Shown in pieces: positions 1 to 9,247 of a stretch of 64,000 bases of DNA. Position 1 is the stretch's first letter. Each line of letters starts with the position of its first letter. Under the pieces are notes generated by a model. That model did not search any database. It was not told the origin of the DNA and saw nothing but the letters and a program-made list of their open reading frames with translations. A program made the translations under genes and the position numbers. Origin of the DNA: Polyangiales bacterium (GTDB lineage Bacteria > Myxococcota_A > Polyangia > Polyangiales > Polyangiaceae); contig JBBRLQ010000003.1 of assembly GCA_038231275.1 (NCBI GenBank), positions 108,340 to 172,339 of the forward strand. Reading direction: 5' to 3'.

Positions 1-13
1 GCTGCTCGGCTTC

Positions 14-3000
14 GTGATCGCGAACGGCAAGTACGAGATCGAGTCGGCCATCGGCGTCGGAGCCTACGGAAAGGTGTACCGCGGGCGCCACCGCACGCTC
101 GACCGGCCCGTCGCGATCAAGATCCTCCAAGCCCTCATGGAGCGCGATCAGGACTTCGCGTCGCGGTTCCAGCGCGAGGCGCTCGCCGCCAGCAAGCTCG
201 ATCACCCGAACGTCGCGCAGGTGCTCGACTACGGTGAAGAGCCCGACGGGATGCTCTACATCGTGATGGAGCTCCTCGAAGGCAAGACGCTGCGTGACGC
301 GCTCAACCACAGTCGACCGCTGTCCTTGAAGCGCATCGTGGAGCTGATGAACCAGCTCACGGGCGCGCTCGCGGCGGCGCACGACGCGGGCATCATCCAC
401 CGCGACATCAAGCCGGAGAACGTCGTCCTCGTTCGACGGAAGAACGACGACGGCGACATGAAGGAGCTGCTGAAGGTCTGCGACTTCGGCATCGCGGCGG
501 TACAGAAGGTCGACGTGGACGGTGCGCCCGAATACCTGTCGTCGGGCGGCACGAGCGTCACCGGCACGCCGGAGTACATGGCGCCGGAGGTGGCGCGCGG
601 GGAGCGGGTCGACGCCCGCAGCGACATCTACGCGTGCGGTGTCCTCCTCTACGAGCTGGCGACCGGCGTGGTGCCGTTCACGGGCGCGACGCCAGTGGCG
701 ATCCTGGTCGCGCACGTCTCCGACGCGCCGCGTCCTCCCTCCGAAGTGAACCCCAAGATCGACAAGCGGCTCGAGCTCGTCATCTTGCGCGCGCTCTCCA
801 AAAATCCAGGCGCGCGTCAAGACAACGTGCGCGAGCTCCGCGCCGACCTGCGCGCGCTCCTCGGCAAATCCGGCGAGATGCGCGCGGGTCTAAAATCGAC
901 GGTCGCCCCGCCGATTCCGCGCGAAGAGGACGAGGACGCGACGCCCACCCCCGCGCTCGTCCGCCTCCCCGCCGAGCTCGCGGAGCCGACGCTCACGCTG
1001 CCTCCGCAGCGCGCCCCGGCCTTTCCGCAGTCGCCGTCCTCGCCGCGCAAATCTCCGGTCACGCTCCCTCCCCCGACTCTGGACGAGGACGAGACGACGC
1101 CTCCTCAACGAAGCATGGACGAGCCGCCGGCAGCAGTGGTGCTCGATGCGAACGCGTCGCCGGAGACCAAGAGCGCGCCGCCGTCCGCCGACGCGGGGCC
1201 GCCGCCCGAGCCGCTGACCGATCCGACGGTGGGCTTCTCGGAGTTCCTCGGCGCGGTGACCGCCGCCGTCGCGCGCACGACGTACTACGAGCGTGCGCAC
1301 CCGGAGTTTGCGCGCTCGCTGGCGCAGCTCTCTGCCGTGATGGGGCAGCCGCTCGCGCGGCGCAGCGAGATCACGTTCGCGCGTCGCGATCGCGACTCCC
1401 ACGAGCTCGTCGTGATGACCGGGGTGGGCGAGAACATGGATCTCGTCAAAGCGGCGCCGGGCGGCGTCGGATCGGGCTGCGCGCAGCGGCTCGGCGAGGT
1501 GTTCTCTCGCCGCGGCCTCGTCTCCTTGACGTTCAAGGAGGGCGTCGACGAACGGGAGCTGGGAGACGCCATCGAGCTGCTGAGCGGGCCAGAAATTCCG
1601 CCCAACGACCTGCACACCGAATTCGCGTCGCGCGGCCTCACGCGGGTGTCGATCCTCTTCGTGTCCGACATGCTGGGGCGAGAGCGGCGGCTGCCGTGGC
1701 AGGTCATGCTCTGCGTGTCGCGCATCGCGCGGGATCTGGAGGCCGTCCCCAAGATGGTGCGCGGCGCCGATCCCGAGCGACGACGAAAGCTGCGGACCGC
1801 GTTGACGTCGGACGTCATGCGCACCCTGAAGACGCCGGAGCAGGTGAAGCTCCTCCTCATGAACTGGGATCTCTTCTCCGAGCGCGTGGGCGCTGGCGCG
1901 GAGCTGCCGGCGATCGAGATCCCGGTACTCCTCGTCGGCTCGCTCGCGCACCCGATGCTGCTGCGCACCGCGGGCCTCCTCCTCGCGGAGATGGAGCGGC
2001 AGGCCACGGGCGCCTCTCCCGCCGCGTTGGTCGCCCCGTCGGCGGGAACGAGCGTCCGGCAGCTGATGCAAATCGTCGGCGCGCGCTTCGTACGCGAGCG
2101 TACGATCGAGTCGGACGAGGTGCTCCGCGAGCTGCATTCGCGCGCCGTGCTGTCGTTCCCCGAGCTCCCGGAGGACGTCCAGCTGTGGGTGCTCGCCGAG
2201 CAGCAGGCCGAGCAGCTCGCTATCGATCCGGAGCCGATCCTGCGCGAGCTGGACTCGGTGTACGACGTCGCCCGGTACGCGCGTGACGCGGCGACCCTCG
2301 CGCGGGCGATGCGGGTGCTCGCGCGTCGCGCGGCGGTCGGGCCGCTGTTCGCGATCGTGGTGCGGCTCCAGCAACGACACGCGCGCGGCGCGCCGCCGGG
2401 AGACGACACGCGAGAGGGGCTCGCGGCGCGCGCGCTCGACTCGATCGCCGACGCCGATGTCCTCGATCCGGTCGCGGTCCTCCTCTTGTCGGGGGCCGGC
2501 GCGACGCGCGATCCTGCGCAGGGCATCCTGGTCGGCTGTGGTCGAGCGGGGGCGCGCGCGCTCTGCAACGTGCGCGCGCGCGGTGGCGAGCTCGTGCGCA
2601 TGCGGTTCGTCGAGGCGATGAAAGAGATCGGGCCGCCTGCCGTGGTGCCGCTCGGATCGCTCGTCGAGCGCCTGGTGGGCACGCCGCCCGGCGAGGACGA
2701 CGCCGCGCTCGCCGAAGACGTGCTGCGCTCCCTCCCCGAGCTGTCCGACGAGCGACTCGGGATGCTGGTCGCGCAGCTCCTCCGCCACAAATCGCCGAGC
2801 GTCCGCCGCGCCGCCGCGACGGCGCTCGCGTCGCCGTGGGGCACCAAAGCCCGCTCGGTGCTGTTCGGCGTGCTCGACGACGGCGACGAGTCGGTGCGCG
2901 TCGCGGCGCTCACGGGGCTCCGCAAGGTAGGGGCGATCGACATCGACGTAGTGCGCCGCGCCGAAAAATTTCTGGATGGCACAGCGCCGGGCGGGGACAA

Positions 3001-3286
3001 CACTTGCGCCGTGGCCGCCGCGCTCCTCGCAGACGCGATCCCGGAAGCGCGGGCCGAGGCGATCGCGGTCCTCACCACCGCACTCGCGCCGCGCGCCCGC
3101 GGGGTGGTGGCGCGTCTCACGGGGGCCGCGCCTCTTCCGCGCGAAGCCCCGATGGTGGTCGAGACGCTGGCGCGCTCTCTCCTCGCGATTGGCGGGACGA
3201 AAGGGCGCGACGCCGTGAAAAAGCGGGCCTCCAAGAGCCCCGTCGACGTCCAACGCCGCCTGAACGCGCTCCTGCAGGGGACCTAA
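14..3286 (+). CDS. Ser/Thr protein kinase with Pro-rich linker and long C-terminal helical/HEAT-like repeat region (1090 aa; true start may lie upstream of the window)
   Basis: Hanks kinase motifs are present: GVGAYGKVYRG (Gly loop), AIK, HRDIKPENVV, DFG, GTPEYMAPE. The C-terminus has HEAT-like repeats (SPSVRRAAATALAS, DESVRVAALTGLRKVG). The frame is open to the left window edge, and GTG at 14 is the first possible start. Confidence 0.85.
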   Translation: MIANGKYEIESAIGVGAYGKVYRGRHRTLDRPVAIKILQALMERDQDFASRFQREALAASKLDHPNVAQVLDYGEEPDGMLYIVMELLEGKTLRDALNHSRPLSLKRIVELMNQLTGALAAAHDAGIIHRDIKPENVVLVRRKNDDGDMKELLKVCDFGIAAVQKVDVDGAPEYLSSGGTSVTGTPEYMAPEVARGERVDARSDIYACGVLLYELATGVVPFTGATPVAILVAHVSDAPRPPSEVNPKIDKRLELVILRALSKNPGARQDNVRELRADLRALLGKSGEMRAGLKSTVAPPIPREEDEDATPTPALVRLPAELAEPTLTLPPQRAPAFPQSPSSPRKSPVTLPPPTLDEDETTPPQRSMDEPPAAVVLDANASPETKSAPPSADAGPPPEPLTDPTVGFSEFLGAVTAAVARTTYYERAHPEFARSLAQLSAVMGQPLARRSEITFARRDRDSHELVVMTGVGENMDLVKAAPGGVGSGCAQRLGEVFSRRGLVSLTFKEGVDERELGDAIELLSGPEIPPNDLHTEFASRGLTRVSILFVSDMLGRERRLPWQVMLCVSRIARDLEAVPKMVRGADPERRRKLRTALTSDVMRTLKTPEQVKLLLMNWDLFSERVGAGAELPAIEIPVLLVGSLAHPMLLRTAGLLLAEMERQATGASPAALVAPSAGTSVRQLMQIVGARFVRERTIESDEVLRELHSRAVLSFPELPEDVQLWVLAEQQAEQLAIDPEPILRELDSVYDVARYARDAATLARAMRVLARRAAVGPLFAIVVRLQQRHARGAPPGDDTREGLAARALDSIADADVLDPVAVLLLSGAGATRDPAQGILVGCGRAGARALCNVRARGGELVRMRFVEAMKEIGPPAVVPLGSLVERLVGTPPGEDDAALAEDVLRSLPELSDERLGMLVAQLLRHKSPSVRRAAATALASPWGTKARSVLFGVLDDGDESVRVAALTGLRKVGAIDIDVVRRAEKFLDGTAPGGDNTCAVAAALLADAIPEARAEAIAVLTTALAPRARGVVARLTGAAPLPREAPMVVETLARSLLAIGGTKGRDAVKKRASKSPVDVQRRLNALLQGT

Positions 3287-3354
3287 AGGTGGACCTGAAG
3301 GCAACGTGAAGGCATCCGCGCGGCGACTCGCCGGTAGTGTAGGATTCGCGTCGA

Positions 3355-4968
3355 ATGGCCAAGGGGGCGACGACGATCGGGATCGACCTGGGGACGACGA
3401 ACTCCGCCGTCGCCGCCATCGTGTCGGGCATGCCGACCGTGCTCCTCGACGCGCAGAAGCGCAGCACGATGCCGAGCGTGGTGTCGTTCCCCGAGTCCGG
3501 CGTCACGCTCGTCGGTCACGAGGCGCGCGCCAAGCTCGTCGATGCGCCTCACGACACGGTCTATTCGGTCAAGCGCCTCATCGGCCGCTCCTTCACCGAG
3601 CCCGCGGTCCGTGCCGCGCGCGCGTCGCTCCCCTACGAGATCGTGCAGGACGAGAACGGCCAGGTCGCGGTCCACACGCGCAGCGGCCACGTTTACTCGG
3701 TCGTCGAAGTGAGCGCGATGATCCTCCACGCGATCGCGTCGCGCGCGCGCCGGCAGTTCGGCCCCGCGCCGCTCCAGGCGGTGATCACCGTGCCGGCGAA
3801 CTTCAACGACGCGCAGCGCGAATACACACGCGTCGCCGGGAAGGTCGCCGGCCTCGACGTTTTACGCATCGTGAACGAGCCGACCGCCGCCGCGCTTGCC
3901 TTCGGCTTCGACGGCAAGAAGGACGGCATCGTCGCGGTCTACGACTTCGGCGGCGGTACATTCGACATCTCGCTCGTGGAGATCAAAGGTGGCGTCTACC
4001 GCGTCCTCTCCACCGCGGGCGACGCGTTCTTGGGCGGCGACGACGTCGACGTGGCGCTCGCCGGACAGATCGCCGATCGCTTCCGCCGCGAGCAGCGCAT
4101 CGATCTGCGCCGCTCGCAGGCCGAGTGGCAGCGCCTCCTCTTCGCGACCGAGCGCGCCAAGTGCGAGCTCGCCGACGTCGAGCACACGATGGTGACGATC
4201 GAGGAGGCCGGCTTCGGGGAGTCGGGCGCCGTCGATCTGCGGATGAAGGTGACGCGCAACGATCTCGCGGGCGTCGCCTACGCGTTCGTCGAGCGTTCCA
4301 TCGAGCTCACCCACAAATGCCTGCAAGCCGCGGGGGTCAAGCTCGCCGACGTGAACGACGTCGTCCTGTGCGGCGGCACTACGCGGGTCCCTCTCGTCGC
4401 CTCCGCCGTCGCCGAGTTCTTCGGTCGCGCGCCTCGGCGCGACGTCGATCCGATGCACGCCGTCGCCCTCGGCGCGTCGCTGCACGCGGCCCTCCTCACC
4501 GGCCAGTGGGTCAACAGGCCCAAGACCGCGCCGGCCACGTCGCTCCTCGTCGACGTCCTCCCGCACTCGATCGGAATCGCGGTCGCCGGCGGCGGCGTCG
4601 AGTGGCTCCTCAAGAGCAACTCGGTCGTTCCAACGGAAGAGAAGCGTCGCTTCACGACGTGGCGCGACGGCCAGGACGACATGCGCTTCGTCCTTTTGCA
4701 GGGCGACTCGCCGCACGCCGCGGAGAACACGCGGCTCGGCGAGTTCGTGGTCCCCGATCTGCGCAGCGCGAAGGCCGGTCAGATCGAGATCGAGGTCAGC
4801 TTCGAGGTCGACGTCAACGGCATCCTCTGCGTCACCGCGCTCGATCTCGACTCGAAGCGCGAGACGTCGCGTCGCCTGAAGATCTCGGGGCCGTCGGCGG
4901 GAGACGTCGCGAAGAGCGAGAAGCGCCTCGCCGCGACGCCGCGTGACGACGGCGAGGGCGAGCCGTGA
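3355..4968 (+). CDS. Hsp70/DnaK-family chaperone, short form (537 aa; C-terminal lid largely missing)
   Basis: Hsp70 signatures [24 protein letters not shown] and [12 protein letters not shown] are present. It is about 100 aa shorter than canonical DnaK. The stop overlaps the next gene's start (GTGA at 4965-4968). Confidence 0.9.
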   Translation: MAKGATTIGIDLGTTNSAVAAIVSGMPTVLLDAQKRSTMPSVVSFPESGVTLVGHEARAKLVDAPHDTVYSVKRLIGRSFTEPAVRAARASLPYEIVQDENGQVAVHTRSGHVYSVVEVSAMILHAIASRARRQFGPAPLQAVITVPANFNDAQREYTRVAGKVAGLDVLRIVNEPTAAALAFGFDGKKDGIVAVYDFGGGTFDISLVEIKGGVYRVLSTAGDAFLGGDDVDVALAGQIADRFRREQRIDLRRSQAEWQRLLFATERAKCELADVEHTMVTIEEAGFGESGAVDLRMKVTRNDLAGVAYAFVERSIELTHKCLQAAGVKLADVNDVVLCGGTTRVPLVASAVAEFFGRAPRRDVDPMHAVALGASLHAALLTGQWVNRPKTAPATSLLVDVLPHSIGIAVAGGGVEWLLKSNSVVPTEEKRRFTTWRDGQDDMRFVLLQGDSPHAAENTRLGEFVVPDLRSAKAGQIEIEVSFEVDVNGILCVTALDLDSKRETSRRLKISGPSAGDVAKSEKRLAATPRDDGEGEP

Positions 4969-5693
4969 CGCCGCCGCTCGTCGTGTGCGTCGTCTCCGCG
5001 AGCAGCGTCACGCGCGCGCTGTTCGCGTCGCTGCTCGGGTCGAAGGGGACCGACGTTCACCCGTTCGACGCGATTCCCCACGCCCTCGCCGGCATGGTCG
5101 GCGTGGTCCCCGACGTCGTCGTGCTCGAAGCGCTGCTCGCCCGCGCGAACCCCGAGACGATCCAACGCCTCCGCGAGGCGTGGACCGCGCCCGTCGGCAT
5201 CATCCTCGCGGATCGCGCGTACGCGGACGAGCGGCGCGGCGCCGAAGAGTCGCGCTCGCTCGGCGCCAACGCGTTCGTCGCCATACCCCCCGATGCCGGC
5301 GCGCTCGCGGAGGCGGTCCGCGTCGCACAAGGAGACTCGACGCGCTCCGCGATCAGCGGATCGCCGCCATCCCTGACGCCGGACGTCGAGTCGTCGCCAC
5401 CGGTCGACGCCGAGCAGATGGCCCGTTACGTCGAGCGCCTCTGGTCGCGCCTCTACACCCTCGACGCCTACCAGACCCTCCGCGTCTCCGCCGAGGCCAC
5501 GAGCGACGAGATCCGGAACGCCTTCCGCGAACGGGCCCTCGAGTTCCACCCCGACCGGTTCCATCCGAACCTCGACGCCGCCGCCCGCGAGCGCATCTAC
5601 CAAATCTTCAAGCGCGTCTCGTGGGCCTTCCGCAAGGTGGGCGACCCGAAGGCCCGCCGCGAATACGAGAGCGGGCGCAGGAAGCCCGGCTGA
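4965..5693 (+). CDS. J-domain (DnaJ-like) protein with N-terminal degenerate receiver-like domain
   Basis: The C-terminal J domain carries the HPD tripeptide ([31 protein letters not shown]). The N-terminal ~120 aa have a CheY-like alternating pattern but lack the acidic pair, the acceptor Asp (PDVVVLE) and the conserved Lys (AFVAIP). A 4-nt overlap couples it to the Hsp70 gene. Confidence 0.8.
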   Translation: MTPPLVVCVVSASSVTRALFASLLGSKGTDVHPFDAIPHALAGMVGVVPDVVVLEALLARANPETIQRLREAWTAPVGIILADRAYADERRGAEESRSLGANAFVAIPPDAGALAEAVRVAQGDSTRSAISGSPPSLTPDVESSPPVDAEQMARYVERLWSRLYTLDAYQTLRVSAEATSDEIRNAFRERALEFHPDRFHPNLDAAARERIYQIFKRVSWAFRKVGDPKARREYESGRRKPG

Positions 5694-5776
5694 GCCGGAA
5701 AAAATAGCCCATCCGCCGCGTCCGCTTGTACGGGCCACGGTTCGCCGCTAAACCCCGTGCACTCGGAGGAGTCCAC

Positions 5777-7162
5777 ATGAGCGTGCGCGTCGAATCGGAC
5801 AGCATGGGCAACGTCGAGGTCCCGTCGGACCGCTACTGGGGCGCGCAGACGCAGCGGAGCCTGCAGAACTTCAAGATCGGCGGCCACCGCTTCCCGCCCG
5901 CGATGATCCGCGCGTTCGGCGTCGTCAAGAAGGGCGCGGCCCTTGCCAACCACGCGCTCGGCAAGCTCGACGACGCGAAGACGAAGCTCATCACCCAAGC
6001 GTGCGACGAGGTCATCGAGGGCAAGTGGAACGACCACTTCCCGCTCGTCGTGTGGCAGACCGGCTCCGGCACCCAGAGCAACATGAACGCGAACGAGGTT
6101 ATCGCGAACCGCGCGAACGAGATCGCCGGCGTCGGCCTCGGCAAAAAGTCCCCCATTCACGCCAACGACGACGTCAACAGGTCCCAGTCGTCGAACGACG
6201 TGTTCCCCACGGTCATGCACGTCGCCGCGGCGACGGAGATCGAGAAGACGCTCCTCCCGGCCGTCACCAAGCTGCGCCTCGCGCTCGCGAAGAAGAGCGA
6301 CGAGTTCCGCGACATCGTCAAGATCGGCCGCACGCACTTGATGGACGCGACGCCGCTCACGCTGGGCCAGGAGTTCAGCGGCTACGTCGCGCAGCTCGAG
6401 TTCTGCGAGGAGAAGGTCCGCGAGTCGCTCCCCGGGATTTACGCGCTCGCGCTGGGCGGCAGCGCGGTAGGCACCGGCCTCAACACGCACCCCAAATACG
6501 CCGAGACGGTCGCGTCGCAGATCGCGAAGCTCACCGGCGCGCCCTTCACGAGCGCGCCGAACAAATACGCGTGGCTCGCCGGTCACGACGCGATGGTGCA
6601 GGCGAGCGCGTCGATGCGCACGCTCGCGATGGCGCTCTTCAAGGTCGCGCAGGACATTCGGCTGATGGGCAGCGGCCCGCGCTGCGGCATCGGCGAGCTG
6701 CACCTCCCCGAGAACGAGCCGGGCAGCTCGATCATGCCGGGCAAGGTGAACCCGACACAGGCCGAGGCGATGACGATGGTCTGCGCGCAGGTCTTCGGCA
6801 ACGACGCCGCCGTGGCGTTCAGCGGCAGCCAGGGTCACTTCGAGCTCAACGTCTTCAAGCCGGTCATCATCCACAACGTCCTCGAGAGCGCGAAGCTGCT
6901 CGCCGACGCGTGCGTCTCCTTCACCGACAACTGCGTCGTCGGCATCGAGGCGAACACCGACGTCATCGCAAAGCACCTCACCAACTCGCTCATGCTCGTG
7001 ACCGCCCTCAATCAGGTCATCGGCTACGACAACGCGGCGAAGGTCGCCAAGACCGCCTACAAAGAGAACATCACGCTCAAGGAGGCGGTCGTGAAGCTGC
7101 AGCTCCTCTCGGCGGAGGACTTCGACAAGCACGTGCGCCCCGAGAAGATGGTCTCGCCGTAA
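5777..7162 (+). CDS. fumC: class II fumarate hydratase
   Basis: It reads as FumC end to end, with the [18 protein letters not shown]-terminus and the [13 protein letters not shown] signature. ATG at 5777 is preceded by GGAGGA (5765-5770); the track ORF from 5726 is an upstream extension. Confidence 0.95.
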   Translation: MSVRVESDSMGNVEVPSDRYWGAQTQRSLQNFKIGGHRFPPAMIRAFGVVKKGAALANHALGKLDDAKTKLITQACDEVIEGKWNDHFPLVVWQTGSGTQSNMNANEVIANRANEIAGVGLGKKSPIHANDDVNRSQSSNDVFPTVMHVAAATEIEKTLLPAVTKLRLALAKKSDEFRDIVKIGRTHLMDATPLTLGQEFSGYVAQLEFCEEKVRESLPGIYALALGGSAVGTGLNTHPKYAETVASQIAKLTGAPFTSAPNKYAWLAGHDAMVQASASMRTLAMALFKVAQDIRLMGSGPRCGIGELHLPENEPGSSIMPGKVNPTQAEAMTMVCAQVFGNDAAVAFSGSQGHFELNVFKPVIIHNVLESAKLLADACVSFTDNCVVGIEANTDVIAKHLTNSLMLVTALNQVIGYDNAAKVAKTAYKENITLKEAVVKLQLLSAEDFDKHVRPEKMVSP

Positions 7163-7208
7163 CGCGCCCGGGAATGGCGGGCGGGGGCCGCGGTGTTACG
7201 ATCCACGA

Positions 7209-7430
7209 ATGGATCTCGACGCCAACTCGCTCCTCGCCTCGCTCCTGGTGAGCTCGATCGGCTTCGTGGCGTTCGCCTACGGAAAAAAGCAGGCGCGCGT
7301 GCCGCACATGATCGCGGGCGTCCTCCTCATGGGGTACCCGTATTTCGTCACGAACGTGGCGCTGATGCTCGGCATCGCGGTCGTTCTCCTCGCGGCCCTT
7401 TGGGGCGCGGTCCGTTTCGCAGGCGCGTGA
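7209..7430 (+). CDS. small hypothetical membrane protein (73 aa, two predicted TM helices)
   Basis: Two hydrophobic stretches are visible (LLASLLVSSIGFVAFAY, VALMLGIAVVLLAALWGAV). Codon third positions are GC-rich like neighbouring genes. I recognise no family. Confidence 0.5.
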   Translation: MDLDANSLLASLLVSSIGFVAFAYGKKQARVPHMIAGVLLMGYPYFVTNVALMLGIAVVLLAALWGAVRFAGA

Positions 7431-7672
7431 AGCGAAGCTCCTGAAGGGCTGAAGCAAGCAAGCGTGGAAGAAAGACGCGACGCTCGACGCAGCGAGGGAG
7501 GGGAGGAGGATTTGTCGGTTTGGGCGCTGGACACCATGCCCCTCGCCCAAAAACCCTCCTCCACTCCCGCACGACGTCGAGCACTTCGTGGTCCGTGCTC
7601 TTACTGACGCCGGCCGCATCTGTCTGTCGCAGAGAATCGACGGAACATTCACCGATAGTTTTTTTTTCGCGC

Positions 7673-7698
7673 CAACTGGGTGGAAAAGCACCCAGTTG
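7673..7698. repeat. perfect 10-bp inverted repeat CAACTGGGTG-N6-CACCCAGTTG, preceded by a T9 run (7659-7667)
   Basis: Read directly from the sequence, 13 nt beyond the marR-like stop codon. The T-run lies on the wrong side for a canonical intrinsic terminator on either strand. Confidence 0.8.
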
Positions 7699-7710
7699 TG
7701 CACGGTTCGA

Positions 7711-8118
7711 TCACAGTTGGGCGAGCTTCGCGAAGGCCTGGCGGTCCCGTTCGCCGAGGGCGCCGAGGATCCGCTCCGCGAAGCCCTGCATCGTCGCCGT
7801 CGCGTCGCGCACGAGGGCCTTGCCGCTGCGCGTGAGCACTGCGTAGGTCGCGCGCGCGTCGGACCCGTCGGCCTGACGCTCGACGATGCCGCGGCGCTCG
7901 AGCGGCGCGAGCATGCGCGTCACGCCCGACGGCGTCAGCGCGAGGAGGTGCGCGAGGTCGACGCGACGGAGCCGGCCGCCGGGCGCCTCGGCGAGGTGAT
8001 GGAGCGCCGCGAAGTCGGACAGGCCGATGCCGTGGATGCTGCCCAGCTCCGCGTCGGCGCGTCCCTCCCAAAGGGCGAGGGTGCGGCGGATTCCCAGAAA
8101 CTCGTGGAGGGTCGTCAT
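7711..8118 (-). CDS. MarR-family transcriptional regulator
   Basis: It has the winged-HTH pattern typical of MarR (LSDFAALHHLAEAPGGRLRRVDLAHLLALTPSGVTRMLAPLERRGIVERQ). I chose the start at the internal ATG (MTTLHEF); the track ORF extends to 8169. Confidence 0.85.
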   Translation of the reverse strand: MTTLHEFLGIRRTLALWEGRADAELGSIHGIGLSDFAALHHLAEAPGGRLRRVDLAHLLALTPSGVTRMLAPLERRGIVERQADGSDARATYAVLTRSGKALVRDATATMQGFAERILGALGERDRQAFAKLAQL

Positions 8119-8217
8119 GGCTGACAGTGTGCGGCGCGATAGTTGCTCAGTCAAGTGTTGGTCACGCATTGCTCACGCATCTGGCAGCCGCCCGCGCCGC
8201 TTGGTAGAGTCCCCGCC

Positions 8218-9198
8218 GTGCAGCTCCTCGGGCACGCTCGCTACGCCGCGAAGATCGCGCAAGGTGCCCACCTCGCGCCGCCGTACGATCGCGGCCGTCT
8301 GAGGCGGCTGCTCTGGGGCTTTGCGCTCCCGTTCGGGATCGTCCGCGCGACGTTCCGGGATCGGGCGGCCCGCGCGCGCTGGCTTCGGTGGAGCGCCGTT
8401 CAGCTCGTGATCCTCCTCGGCGTCGGCATACGCATCGGCCTCGCGCGCAGCGATCTCGGCGAGCGCGGGAGGCACATGTCCGTCACCGACGTCGTTGCGT
8501 TCGCGACCGCCTGCTACGCCGCGATCACCGTGTTGGAGTGGATCCTCATCGCGCTGTCGCGGGACTTCCACGATGCGCTGAGCCAGATGGCGGCGAACGT
8601 GACCGGGGTCGTCGCCGAGCCGCTCGCCGGGCCGCCGCGGATCCGCCTCGATTTTCGCTGGCTCTGGACCAAGGGAAAGCGCCGGCTGCGTGGCGCGCTG
8701 ATGCTCGCCACCGCGCTGCCCGTGCTCGCCGTCGCGTCGGCGATCCCGCTGGCGGGCGAAGCGATCTACCTCACGCTCATGACCGCGTGGACCGCGTACT
8801 GGCTCGCCGTCTTCGCGATGGGAGGGAGCTTCATCGCGTGGGAAGAGCACGCCGACGACGACCCTTGGTTCGTACGTGTGTTCGCGACGGCGGGGCAGGT
8901 TCCGGTCGTCGGGATTCCGCCGCGTCTCTACGCGCGCTTCCTCTCGTGGGCCACGCGGTCGGTCGCTCCGGTGTGCGGCGCGTTCGAGCGCGACCCGTGG
9001 ACCGCGTGGGGCCTCGCCCTCGCGCGAACGCTGGCGGGCGTGCCGGGTCTCTACCTCTTCATGCGGCCGGCGTTCTCGGTCGCCGCGACGCACGCCATCC
9101 TCGTTCAGCGCGCCTCGCTTCTGCCCCCATCGTCCTCGCCTCCGCCTCTCTCGCCGGCGCCGTTGCCGCTCCCCGTCGCACCTTATCCTCCTCGCTGA
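8218..9198 (+). CDS. hypothetical polytopic membrane protein with Pro-rich tail (possibly EI24/CysZ-like, unverified)
   Basis: Several hydrophobic helices are present, and it runs divergent from the MarR gene. The start is uncertain: GTG at 8218 or ATG at 8143. Confidence 0.55.
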   Translation: MQLLGHARYAAKIAQGAHLAPPYDRGRLRRLLWGFALPFGIVRATFRDRAARARWLRWSAVQLVILLGVGIRIGLARSDLGERGRHMSVTDVVAFATACYAAITVLEWILIALSRDFHDALSQMAANVTGVVAEPLAGPPRIRLDFRWLWTKGKRRLRGALMLATALPVLAVASAIPLAGEAIYLTLMTAWTAYWLAVFAMGGSFIAWEEHADDDPWFVRVFATAGQVPVVGIPPRLYARFLSWATRSVAPVCGAFERDPWTAWGLALARTLAGVPGLYLFMRPAFSVAATHAILVQRASLLPPSSSPPPLSPAPLPLPVAPYPPR

Positions 9199-9247
9199 GA
9201 CTCGTTCGATGCTGGCCTGTGGCCTGGAGCGTGCCAGACTGCCGCGC

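Noticed and set aside
890-3304. 804-aa ORF, plus 649-aa and 550-aa ORFs, overlapping the kinase gene on the opposite strand or in other frames
   Set aside because: These are typical high-GC shadow ORFs. The translations are Arg/Ala/Gly/Pro-rich low complexity with no motifs, while the + strand frame starting at 14 carries a complete kinase.
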